A DNA stretch of 64,000 bases, taken from Treponemataceae bacterium (lineage in GTDB: Bacteria; Spirochaetota; Spirochaetia; Treponematales; Rectinemataceae). Position numbers and translations under genes: made by a program. Location: positions 256,001-320,000 of the forward strand of contig CAXXGJ010000002.1 of assembly GCA_963677895.2 (NCBI GenBank). The letters run 5' to 3'. The notes under the pieces are model-generated. The model was not told the DNA's origin. It worked only from the letters and a program-made list of their open reading frames with translations, and did not search any database. The first letter of the stretch is position 1; each line of letters begins with the position of its first letter. Positions 19,401 through 27,452 of the stretch are shown one piece after another.

Positions 19401-19702
19401 GCACCTACGAATACGCCTTCTATACTGCAGTCGCGGACAACGAAAGCGCCCGCGAACTCATGGGTAAGGAGAAACTCCGGGAACTCGCCGTCGTCCTTTA
19501 CCGGAAGATCAAAGACAACACCTCGATCGACTGGACGATCAAGGAAAACGTCAAGGCGAAACTCAAGGTCATCATCAAGCGGACGCTCAGACAATATGGC
19601 TATCCGCCTGACATGCAGAAGCTCGCCACCGAAACCGTGCTCAGGCAGGCCGAGATGATCGCCGATGAACTGACGAAGCCCAATTTATATTCGCATGTAT
19701 AG
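16448..19702 (+). CDS. hsdR: Type I restriction endonuclease subunit R
   Basis: PDIVLFVNGIPLVVIELK (PD-(D/E)xK), QCKTY, HTQGSGKS, DEAH, FTGTP, MWLTGFD, QAIARVNR. Confidence 0.97.
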   Translation: MKNRLAESDIEEFALELLGKRGYCWLYGPEIAPDGAAPARASFGEVVLTDRLRAALMRINPSIPPDAREAALKQLVNLHAPDLVAGNETFHRQLTENVKVNYRKDGDVKGDYVQAIDFDHPERNEFLAVNQFTVIEGRANKRPDIVLFVNGIPLVVIELKNPADENATVHSAFKQCKTYLQEIPSLFTSNGFLVISDGLDARAGTISSDFGRFMVWKTSDGATEAPGNASQLETLIAGMLAPATLLDLVRHFIVFEKDKKEDAKSKQVFIVTTKKMAAYHQYHAVNRAVASTLRASGYAARRTSVAAGLIVPESPEAYGLPGVKSQPAGDRKGGVVWHTQGSGKSLSMVFFAGKIILAMENPTLVAITDRNDLDDQLFDTFAACRQLLRQEPVQAESREHLKRLLQVVSGGIVFTTMQKFQPEEGNVLQTLSDRDNIVVIADEAHRSQYGFKAKTIDEKDDGKRVIGKRTVYGFAKYLRDALPLATYLGFTGTPIEKADVNTPAVFGNYVDVYDIAQAVDDHATVRIYYESRLAKIALSDEGRKLVEDLDEDLEEDDLSDSRQAKAKWTQLEALIGSRDRIQRIAADIVWHFERRIAAIDGKGMIVAMSRRIAAELYAEIIALRPGWHDPDLRKGVVKIVMTSASSDGPEISAHHTTKKERRVLSDRMKDPDDPLKLVIVRDMWLTGFDVPCLHTMYIDKPMKGHTLMQAIARVNRVYKDKKGGLVVDYLGIASDLKEALSFYSDSGGKGDPAATQEEAVRLMEEKLEVVAAMFHGFPYRDYFRAGTGRKLSIILEAEEHVLGLPDGKKRFVDEVTALSQAYSIAVPHERAMEAGDEIAFFQAVKARLVKFDRSGTGRSDEEIETAIRQVIDEALVSEKVVDIFDAAGIKKPDISILSEDFLMEVRHMKHKNIALEVLRKIMGDEISARMRTNLVQGRSLMEMLEASIRRYHNKIVTAAEVIEEIIGLGKEIRAMDAEGSALGLSTYEYAFYTAVADNESARELMGKEKLRELAVVLYRKIKDNTSIDWTIKENVKAKLKVIIKRTLRQYGYPPDMQKLATETVLRQAEMIADELTKPNLYSHV

Positions 19703-19751
19703 TGGATATATCCAATAGAGCGCTCATCACCGATTCTCTCAAATCTGTTCG

Positions 19752-20633
19752 CTATCGATACGCCCTTTCCAGCTCTGCGATATCGAATTTCTTCATCGCG
19801 AGGAAGGCTTCCTGAACCCTTTTGGACTTGGCCGGGTCCTTGTCGCTCATCATCTTGTCCAGAACCCTGGGCACGATCTGCCAGGAAAGCCCGAACTTGT
19901 CCTTCAGCCAGCCGCATTGCTCGGCTTCGGGATGGGCCGAAAGCTTTTCCCAGAAATAATCGATCTCTTCCTGGTTCTCGCAGAAAACCATCAGCGAGAT
20001 GGCTTCGTTGAACGAAAAGCCGTGATCGTAGGCGCTATCCATCGCCGAGAAGCGCTGCCCCTCAAGGGTGAAAGCCCCGAATTTCAACGTGCCTTCCCTG
20101 TCCGGCTTGTCATCGGGGCCATAGTGAAGAATTCCATCCACCGAGGCGCCGCTGAATACCGAGGCATAGTAGTGAATCGCCTCCTCCGCCTTTCCGCACT
20201 GTTCCCCGACGAACATGAGAACGGGCGCGATTTTTTGTGAAACGCTTTTTCCGCCATTGTACATGATCTGCCAGGATAAGCCGAATTTATCCATCAGCCA
20301 CCCATACTTTTCGCTGAAGGGATACTCGCCCAGCGACATGAGTTCGCCGCCGCCCGGGCGCAGGGCATTCCATAGCCGATCCACCTCCGCTTTCGTCTCG
20401 CAGCTGACCATGAAGGATACCGCGGGGGTGAACTTGAAAAGCGGGCCGGCCGACAGGAGCATAAATTCTTGTCCCGAAAGGACTATCTTCGCCGTCTCCA
20501 CCGTTTCCGAGGGCGTGCCCTCCATCTTTGAACTGCTTTCGATGCTCGAATCGTCAAAAAGCGAGGTATATAATTTCGCCGCCTCGAGGGCTTCGGTGTC
20601 GAACCACAAATGGGGGACTATTTTTCTCATCAT
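19752..20633 (-). CDS. VOC-family protein with tandem PhnB-like domains
   Basis: KIVPHLWFD, duplicated GWLxDKFGLSWQI, AMKKFDIAEL. Confidence 0.9.
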   Translation of the reverse strand: MMRKIVPHLWFDTEALEAAKLYTSLFDDSSIESSSKMEGTPSETVETAKIVLSGQEFMLLSAGPLFKFTPAVSFMVSCETKAEVDRLWNALRPGGGELMSLGEYPFSEKYGWLMDKFGLSWQIMYNGGKSVSQKIAPVLMFVGEQCGKAEEAIHYYASVFSGASVDGILHYGPDDKPDREGTLKFGAFTLEGQRFSAMDSAYDHGFSFNEAISLMVFCENQEEIDYFWEKLSAHPEAEQCGWLKDKFGLSWQIVPRVLDKMMSDKDPAKSKRVQEAFLAMKKFDIAELERAYR

Positions 20634-20726
20634 AAGCCTCCTGATCCCTATAATATGGCAAAAATTTTCCTTCCGTGGTATATAGACATTCGTAATTCAT
20701 TCCATGCTTTTCCAAAGGAAGGGTTC

Positions 20727-22157
20727 ATGACTGAGCATTACGACGTCGCCATCGTCGGCGCGGGCGTCTGCGGCGCCAACGTCGCGCGCAAACTCTCGCA
20801 GTACGAGCTGAAGGTCGCGCTCCTCGAGAAGGAGATCGACGTTTCGCTCGGGACGAGCAAGGCCAACTCGGGCATCGTCCACGGCGGTTTTCACGACAAC
20901 AAGAAATATCTGAAGGCCAGGCTCGAGCTCCAGGGGGCCCTCATGTTCGAGCGCCTCCACAACGAGCTGGACTTTCCCTTTGAACGCTGCGGCATCGTGG
21001 TCGTCGCCCTCCACGAGGACGAGATGCGCTCCATCGAGCAGCTCTACCAGCAGGGCGTCGACAACGGCGTCATAGGCATCGAGATGTGCTCGCGCGAGCG
21101 CATGCTCGAGCTCGAGCCCAAGCTCAGCCCCGACACCGTGGGCGGGCTTTACGCTCCTTCGGGCGGCATCGTCGAGCCCTATCGTTTCGTCTTCTCCCTC
21201 GTCGAAAACGCGCGCAAGAACGGCGTAACCCTGCTTACGGAGTTCGCCGTCGCCTCAGCGCGACGCGAGGGCGATCTTTGGGCGGTGAAGGCCGCCGACG
21301 GCAGGGAGGTGCGCGCCCGCTACGTCGTCAACTCGGCCGGCCTCTACGCCGACGCCGTTTCCAAAGCCTTCGGCGCCGAGGAATTCGCGATAAAGCCCCG
21401 AAAAGGCGAGTACTACCTCCTCGACAAGATGACGAAGGCGAAACCCAACCGGGTGATATTCCCAGTGCCCACCGCGGTGTCGAAGGGCATGCTCATCATT
21501 CCCACGGTCGAGGGAACGGTGTTGATAGGCCCCACCGCCACATCAATCGAGGACAAGGAAGATTTCTCCACGACGAGGAAGGAGCTCGAGGGCATCCTGC
21601 GCAGCGCCAGGACCATGGTTCCCTCCATTTCGGAGAATGACGTCATCACGAGCTTCGCCGGCCTGCGGCCCGTCTGGGGCGAGGACTTCTACATCGACCT
21701 TTCGGCTAAAGTGCCCAATCTCGTCCACGTGGCGGCCATCCAGTCGCCCGGGCTCACCGCGAGCCCCGCCATCGGCGAATACGTGAAGGACCTGCTGAAG
21801 AAAGCGGGCCTGCGTCTCGTCGAGAAATCGGACTGGGATCCCTATATGCACAAGGTGCCGCGCACGCGCGATCTTTCGCCCTACGAGCTGGACGAGCAGG
21901 CGAAGAAGGACCCCGCCTACGGCGATATCGTTTGCCGCTGCGAGCGGGTGAGCGAATCGGAGATCATCCAGGCCATACGCGCCGGGCACACGACGCTCGA
22001 CGGCATAAAGTACGTGACGCGAGCCCAGATGGGCCGCTGCCAGGGCGGATTCTGCACCTACAAGATCATCAAGATTCTCATGCGCGAGACGGGCATGAGT
22101 TATGATGAAGTGACGAAACGCGGCGGCGCGAGCGTCGTCCTGAAGGGCGAATTATGA
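20727..22157 (+). CDS. FAD-dependent oxidoreductase, GlpA/glycerol-3-phosphate dehydrogenase-like, with a C-terminal BFD-like [2Fe-2S] domain
   Basis: IVGAGVCG, TSKANSGIVHGG, IQSPGLT, VCRCE...GRCQGGFC. Confidence 0.88.
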   Translation: MTEHYDVAIVGAGVCGANVARKLSQYELKVALLEKEIDVSLGTSKANSGIVHGGFHDNKKYLKARLELQGALMFERLHNELDFPFERCGIVVVALHEDEMRSIEQLYQQGVDNGVIGIEMCSRERMLELEPKLSPDTVGGLYAPSGGIVEPYRFVFSLVENARKNGVTLLTEFAVASARREGDLWAVKAADGREVRARYVVNSAGLYADAVSKAFGAEEFAIKPRKGEYYLLDKMTKAKPNRVIFPVPTAVSKGMLIIPTVEGTVLIGPTATSIEDKEDFSTTRKELEGILRSARTMVPSISENDVITSFAGLRPVWGEDFYIDLSAKVPNLVHVAAIQSPGLTASPAIGEYVKDLLKKAGLRLVEKSDWDPYMHKVPRTRDLSPYELDEQAKKDPAYGDIVCRCERVSESEIIQAIRAGHTTLDGIKYVTRAQMGRCQGGFCTYKIIKILMRETGMSYDEVTKRGGASVVLKGEL

Positions 22158-23404
22158 AACAAATGCGATACGACACCGTCGTCATCGGCGGCGGGGCGGC
22201 GGGCATGTCAGCCGCGGCGGAGCTGAAGGCGAAGGGATATTCGGCCATCATCATCGAGCGCGAAGAGGAGTTGGGCGGCATACTCATGCAGTGCATCCAC
22301 AACGGATTCGGCCTCATCGAGTTCAACGAGGAACTCTCGGGTCCCGAGTTCGCCCAACGTGTCCAGGAAAAAGTCTCGGCTCTCGGCATACCGGCCCTCT
22401 GCGGGGCCACCGTCCTCGATCTGCGGCAGGAGGGCGACAGCCATGTCGTCTACTGCGTCTCCAAAGCCTCGGGCGTCGTCCGCGTAGAGGCGCGAGCCGT
22501 CATCCTCGCCATGGGATGCAGGGAGCGCAACCGCGGCAACATCAGGATCCCCGGCTCGCGCCCCTCGGGCGTCTTCACCGCCGGTCTCGCGCAACGTCTC
22601 GTCAATATCGAGGGCTACATTCCCGGCAAGGACGTCGTCATAATCGGGTCGGGCGACATCGGCCTCATCATGGCTCGCAGGCTCACCTGGGCCGGCTGCA
22701 AGGTCCACGCGGTAGTCGAGATCCTGCCCTATCCCAGCGGACTGACGCGCAATATCGTCCAATGTCTCAACGATTTCGGCATTCCCCTCTACCTTTCCCA
22801 CCTGACCACGGAGATCTATGGCCAGGACAGGGTCGAAGGCGTGGAAGTGACGCCCATCGAAAACGGCGCCCTAATGTTCGACAAAAGTTTTAAGATCCCC
22901 TGCGATACCGTCCTTCTGTCGGTCGGACTCGTGCCCGAAAACGAGCTCTCGAAGAACGCCGGCGTCGAGCTCAACCCCGCCACGAACGGCCCCTGGGTCG
23001 ATTCCACCCTCATGACCAGCGTGCCCGGCATCTTCGCCTGCGGCAACGTACTTCACGTGCATGACCTCGTGGATTTCGTGGCGGAGGAATCGCGCCGCGC
23101 CGGTTCCTTCGCGGCTGACTGGCTTTCCGGCAAGCGCCCGAGGAAGGAGCTCAGGATCAAGACCGGCCCGAACGTCCGCTACGTCAACCCCGCGCGCGTC
23201 GATCCCGAGCGGGAGAACAAGCTGTACATGCGCAGCATGGTCGTCAAGAACGGCGCCGTCCTCGAAGTGAAGGTGGACGGCCGGGTCGTCAAGAGCGTCA
23301 AGAAACCTCACGTCCAGCCTTCGGAAATGCTGACGGTGAGTCTGGGACCCCAGGATTTCGCCCAGGCGGGCATGGACGCCCAAGTCGAGATTTCAATCGT
23401 CTGA
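22154..23404 (+). CDS. Pyridine nucleotide-disulfide oxidoreductase
   Basis: IGGGAAG, QCIHNGFG, GSGDIGLIMA, GNVLHVHDLVD. Confidence 0.88.
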   Translation: MKQMRYDTVVIGGGAAGMSAAAELKAKGYSAIIIEREEELGGILMQCIHNGFGLIEFNEELSGPEFAQRVQEKVSALGIPALCGATVLDLRQEGDSHVVYCVSKASGVVRVEARAVILAMGCRERNRGNIRIPGSRPSGVFTAGLAQRLVNIEGYIPGKDVVIIGSGDIGLIMARRLTWAGCKVHAVVEILPYPSGLTRNIVQCLNDFGIPLYLSHLTTEIYGQDRVEGVEVTPIENGALMFDKSFKIPCDTVLLSVGLVPENELSKNAGVELNPATNGPWVDSTLMTSVPGIFACGNVLHVHDLVDFVAEESRRAGSFAADWLSGKRPRKELRIKTGPNVRYVNPARVDPERENKLYMRSMVVKNGAVLEVKVDGRVVKSVKKPHVQPSEMLTVSLGPQDFAQAGMDAQVEISIV

Positions 23405-23458
23405 AAGCCGCGCGCCCGCCGTCCCACGGCGGAAGCCGCGCTTGGAATGGAGCACTAT

Positions 23459-23854
23459 ATGACCGAAATGATATGCATAACCTGCCCAATGGGCTGTCAT
23501 CTCAGCATCGAGCGACTTTCGGAGAATGACATAGCCGTCACCGGCAACCGCTGCGCCCGCGGCGAGCAGTACGCGAGGGAGGAAATGCTCTCTCCCCGCC
23601 GCGTCGTGACCGCGACCTGCCGGACGGCCACAGAGGCTGGCGCGGGAGTGGGCGCCGGAGCCGCTGCGAATAGCCAATACCGGCCGCGCCGCGTTCCGCT
23701 GCGCACGAGCGCGGGCTTCCCCAAGGAATGCATTCCCGAACTGCTCGCGCTCATCTATAGCCTCGAGCTGCGGCTCCCTGTGAAACGCGGTCAGGTGGCG
23801 ATCCCTGACGCTCTAGGGACGGGCGTCGATGTCATCGTGACGAGATCAATGTGA
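23459..23854 (+). CDS. DUF1667 family small Cys-rich protein
   Basis: CITCPMGC, GNRCARG, TGVDVIVT. Typical third gene of GlpA-like clusters. Confidence 0.85.
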   Translation: MTEMICITCPMGCHLSIERLSENDIAVTGNRCARGEQYAREEMLSPRRVVTATCRTATEAGAGVGAGAAANSQYRPRRVPLRTSAGFPKECIPELLALIYSLELRLPVKRGQVAIPDALGTGVDVIVTRSM

Positions 23855-23951
23855 CCTGTGCGCAGAAATCCAGAAGCATATATGAGAGGTGCTGTCCGCT
23901 ATCATTGACGACCCTTCTCCGCGATTATCCAGCGCTCCAGGCACGGTTCGG

Positions 23952-24743
23952 TCAGGTGTTGTATCCCATGTAATAGGAAATATTACGTCCTGTCTCGGCG
24001 AGCACGGGCAAGGCATCGTCAAGTTCCTTGACGCTCATGTAGCTGTCGAAGGCCGAAATGCTTATCGCCGCGATGATGGCACCGCTTACATCGCGCAAAG
24101 GCACGGCGTTGCAGTTATCGTTTGGGATGAACTCTTCGCGATCGTTCGACGCGCGTTCTTTTCTTACCTTGGCGAGCACTTTTTTTAAAGCTTCCGGGCT
24201 CGTGATAGTACTCGGTGTATAGGCTTTGAGACCTTTTTTCTCTATCAAGGCATCGAGTTCCTCTTCGGGCAGCTCACAGGTCAGGGACTTGCCCATGCCG
24301 GTGGCGTGGAATGGAAGGCTTTTGCCGGGGGCGAAATAGGTTCTCGGCAGGCTCATGCTGTCGATCCTGTCGATGACGATGACATCCCCCTGATAGAGCA
24401 CGCCGAGGTTGAGGTTTGCCTTGGGATATCTCTGACGGAGCATTTCGAGGAAGGGCATAACGACGCGCCGAATTTCCAGCGACATGAGGGCTTTCCTCGA
24501 TAGCGGAAGGAACTTCAGCGACACTGAAAATAGACCCGTTTTTTCATCCTTCTGGAGATAGCCGGCTTTCGTCATGGTCGCCAGCATGCGGAACGCCATA
24601 TTGGCGTTGATATCCAGCTCTCTGCACACCGCCTGAATCGTCAGGTTCTCCTCGGATTGGGCGAAGATATCAAGAATCTCGAGGCATCGTTCCACCGCTT
24701 TTATGTTGTACTTGTCGGATTTGTCTACCGTCTCGATGTCCAT
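23952..24743 (-). CDS. IclR-family transcriptional regulator
   Basis: AVERCLEILD N-terminal HTH, HATGMGK, DREE..AVP..IAAISIS. Confidence 0.92.
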   Translation of the reverse strand: MDIETVDKSDKYNIKAVERCLEILDIFAQSEENLTIQAVCRELDINANMAFRMLATMTKAGYLQKDEKTGLFSVSLKFLPLSRKALMSLEIRRVVMPFLEMLRQRYPKANLNLGVLYQGDVIVIDRIDSMSLPRTYFAPGKSLPFHATGMGKSLTCELPEEELDALIEKKGLKAYTPSTITSPEALKKVLAKVRKERASNDREEFIPNDNCNAVPLRDVSGAIIAAISISAFDSYMSVKELDDALPVLAETGRNISYYMGYNT

Positions 24744-24774
24744 CTGATTCCATCCTAGGCATATTTTTCACTAT

Positions 24775-25656
24775 TCAGAATTTCAGCAATTCGTGCAGGC
24801 AGTCCGAGAGTTCCTGATATTTTCCGCTCGAAAGAGCGCTTACAGGAGCCCGCGGATTGCCCGCGGCGAACCCACGAATTTGCAGTGCGGCCTTGATCAC
24901 TGTCGGAAAAGTGCCGAGGCTGAAGAGTTGACGCAGTTTCGCGAAATTCATTTGTTGCCGCAGAGCTTCATCATAATCGCCTGAAACGTATGCATTGTAA
25001 ATACCTACGGCAAGTTCCGGACATGCTGACGCCACCGACGAGATGGCTCCTTTGCCGCCGTGGATGAGTGTCGACAGAATCAGGTTATCCCGACCTGCGA
25101 GAACGGCGAAGTTCTCTTTATTGATGCGGAGGAACTCGAGCGTCATCCCCAAGTCTCCGCTTGAGTCCTTGACGCCGACGATATTGTCGATGATCGCGAG
25201 TCTGTTCATGAGTCTTGGCGTTATGATCAGACCGGTGACAGCTGGATTGTTGTAGGGAAGCACCGGAAGCGACGTCGACCTGCAGATCGCCTCATAATAG
25301 GAAAACAATTCGTCTTCGGTGGGTTTGATGAGATAGGGCGTGATGATCGAGAGAGCGTCGGCGCCTTCGGCCTCGGCCATCTGCGCGAGACGGATGGACT
25401 CAGCTGTCGACGCGGAGCCGGCGCCGAAGAAAACGGGGACCTTCCCAGCGACCACTTCGAGCGTTTTGCGAAGAACTCGCTTCTTCTCTTCCATATCGAT
25501 CGCATAGAATTCACCAGCGTTTCCGACGGCGAAGATACCATGGATTCCCGAGCGTAGAAGAAAATTGAGAATTCTTCCCAACTCCTCTTCGTTTATCGCG
25601 CCGCTAGAAGTAAAGGGCGTCGGAATTGCCGCGATGATGCCTTTAATATCTATCAT
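24775..25656 (-). CDS. DapA/DHDPS-family class I lyase (aldolase or dehydratase)
   Basis: IAAIPTPF, GNAGE, YNNP, Schiff-base lysine motif GVKDSSGD. Confidence 0.88.
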   Translation of the reverse strand: MIDIKGIIAAIPTPFTSSGAINEEELGRILNFLLRSGIHGIFAVGNAGEFYAIDMEEKKRVLRKTLEVVAGKVPVFFGAGSASTAESIRLAQMAEAEGADALSIITPYLIKPTEDELFSYYEAICRSTSLPVLPYNNPAVTGLIITPRLMNRLAIIDNIVGVKDSSGDLGMTLEFLRINKENFAVLAGRDNLILSTLIHGGKGAISSVASACPELAVGIYNAYVSGDYDEALRQQMNFAKLRQLFSLGTFPTVIKAALQIRGFAAGNPRAPVSALSSGKYQELSDCLHELLKF

Positions 25657-25771
25657 AGTAACCTTCAGGGGTATTGATGCTCGAATAGTACGATGATTTT
25701 TATAGTGTGTCAAATATAATTATAAAAAAACAGTATAAAACATCAAAAGCATAATATTTTTATAAATATTA

Positions 25772-25801
25772 TTGACAATATTTGATACCCGTTCCTATAA
25801 T
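25772..25801 (+). promoter_or_regulatory. Sigma70-type promoter of the tct/gud/gar operon
   Basis: TTGACA-N18-TATAAT in an AT-rich divergent intergenic region. Confidence 0.75.
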
Positions 25802-25880
25802 TCGTCCAGTTCCATTATTGTGTTCATCAATTATGGAATGAATCTCAAACGATTCAATTGTTTGTAAAAAGGAGCGATGT

Positions 25881-26873
25881 ATGGGGAAGACTGGCCTGAT
25901 CCGAAAATTCGTTGTCCTGACGGTTCTTTTGTTCGCGGTGACAGCGCTCGCCACGGCACAGGAGATCGGCTTGCCAAAAAATATCGATGTCTATGTACCC
26001 GCGAAGGCGGGTGGCGGCACCGATGTCATGGCCCGTTCGATCGCCAACCAGATATCGAAGGTTTCCGGCAGTAACCTCGTGATACTGAACAATGTCGATG
26101 GCAACGGCGTCGTGGCCATGGAGACGATCCGGAACGCCAAGCCGGACGGAAAACAGATCATGCAGTACCATACTTCGATGCTCATTCTCTCCGCCATGGG
26201 CAAGTATAAGTACAACGTTCTGGACGACTTCACCGTTATTGCCGTGGGACGAGGTCCGGCTGTGTCAGGCTATGTGCTTCTGGTGCCTCCTGCTTCGCCG
26301 TATAACACGCTCCAGGAGTTCATTAACTACGCTAAAAAGAATCCCGGTAAGATTCTCGCAGGAGTTCAGACGGGCGCCAGTACGCACCTCATGGTGGGAA
26401 TGCTTGAGAAGGAAGCCGGGATAAAGCTCAGGACGGTGGAGGCCGGTTCCGATACGGAGAAGCTCACCGCGCTCGCCGGAAACAATATAAACGCGGCATT
26501 CGTGAACGTGAATCAGGCTAAGCAGTATCTCGAGGCCGGAAAGCTAAAGGCGCTTGGCTGCGTAACGACCGATGAAAAAGGCGCGAGGGCTGAGATACTC
26601 TCCGACGTGCCCAGTTTCGTGGAGCAGGGCATCAACGTAGTGTATGATACGTTCAGTTTCATTCTTGGCCCGAAGGGAATGGACAAACACTTGGTTGAGA
26701 CACTCAATACCTATTATCAGAAGGCCGCTGTCGAAAAATCGGTCGATGATCTGCTCGCCAAAGCCGGGCTTCAGCTCCGATTCTACGGGGTGGACGAGGG
26801 CGTAAAAATGCTGAAAGTGCATGCTGAACAGATAATCGATGCGGTCAACGCTATCGGGTTGGGCAAAAAATAA
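25881..26873 (+). CDS. tctC: Tripartite tricarboxylate transporter substrate-binding protein
   Basis: VPAKAGGGTDVMAR, KPDG, PSFVEQG, signal peptide. Confidence 0.9.
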   Translation: MGKTGLIRKFVVLTVLLFAVTALATAQEIGLPKNIDVYVPAKAGGGTDVMARSIANQISKVSGSNLVILNNVDGNGVVAMETIRNAKPDGKQIMQYHTSMLILSAMGKYKYNVLDDFTVIAVGRGPAVSGYVLLVPPASPYNTLQEFINYAKKNPGKILAGVQTGASTHLMVGMLEKEAGIKLRTVEAGSDTEKLTALAGNNINAAFVNVNQAKQYLEAGKLKALGCVTTDEKGARAEILSDVPSFVEQGINVVYDTFSFILGPKGMDKHLVETLNTYYQKAAVEKSVDDLLAKAGLQLRFYGVDEGVKMLKVHAEQIIDAVNAIGLGKK

Positions 26874-26886
26874 CGGAATTCAATTT

Positions 26887-26930
26887 GTCATGGGAGAAAG
26901 GTGGCGGATGCGCCATCTTTCTCCCATGAC
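26887..26930 (+). other. 20-bp stem-loop between tctC and tctB
   Basis: gtcatgggagaaaggtggcg-gatg-cgccatctttctcccatgac, one G-U pair, no U tract. Confidence 0.8.
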
Positions 26931-26945
26931 GTAAGGTGATGACAT

Positions 26946-27416
26946 ATGAAAATAGCAGTGAAGAGAGATCAGTTTGTCGGGGCGTTTCTCATCCTCATTG
27001 GTGGTGTGTACTTTGCGCTTGCGGGTAAAATTGATTTTCCTATGGCCCCGGACTACCCGGGACCCAAGGCTTTCCCGTATATCGCAATCTTTGGCCTTAT
27101 CATCTGCGGGCTCGGAATATTCATTCAAAGCACAGTGAGCAAAGTTCCTCAAAAAATGTTCATGGTCAGAGATGGTTGGGTGGATCTTATCAAGTCGTTT
27201 TTGGCGCTCGTCGTGTATGTCATAGGACTCAAGTTTCTCGGATATTTTATCAGTACGCCTGTGCTTCTTTTTGTGTTGTCTGTCTTTTTCGGTAAAAAAG
27301 TCAAGGTCAAGCTTGTTGGCAGAATACTCTTTGCGGTGCTGGTAACCGTGGCGGTTTACGTGTTCTATGTTTATGGGTTCGGCATGAAATTGCCGGTTGG
27401 AGCGCTTTTTCAGTAA
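26946..27416 (+). CDS. tctB: Tripartite tricarboxylate transporter small permease
   Basis: Four TM segments, PGPKAFP, LGYFIST, LPVG. Confidence 0.88.
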   Translation: MKIAVKRDQFVGAFLILIGGVYFALAGKIDFPMAPDYPGPKAFPYIAIFGLIICGLGIFIQSTVSKVPQKMFMVRDGWVDLIKSFLALVVYVIGLKFLGYFISTPVLLFVLSVFFGKKVKVKLVGRILFAVLVTVAVYVFYVYGFGMKLPVGALFQ

Positions 27417-27452
27417 TACAGCGCTGACATACAAATTCATATTGAGGTAATT

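Noticed and set aside
19703..19714. Perfect palindrome TGGATATATCCA after the hsdR stop
   Set aside because: Too short, has no loop or U tract, and has no second copy that would suggest an att site.
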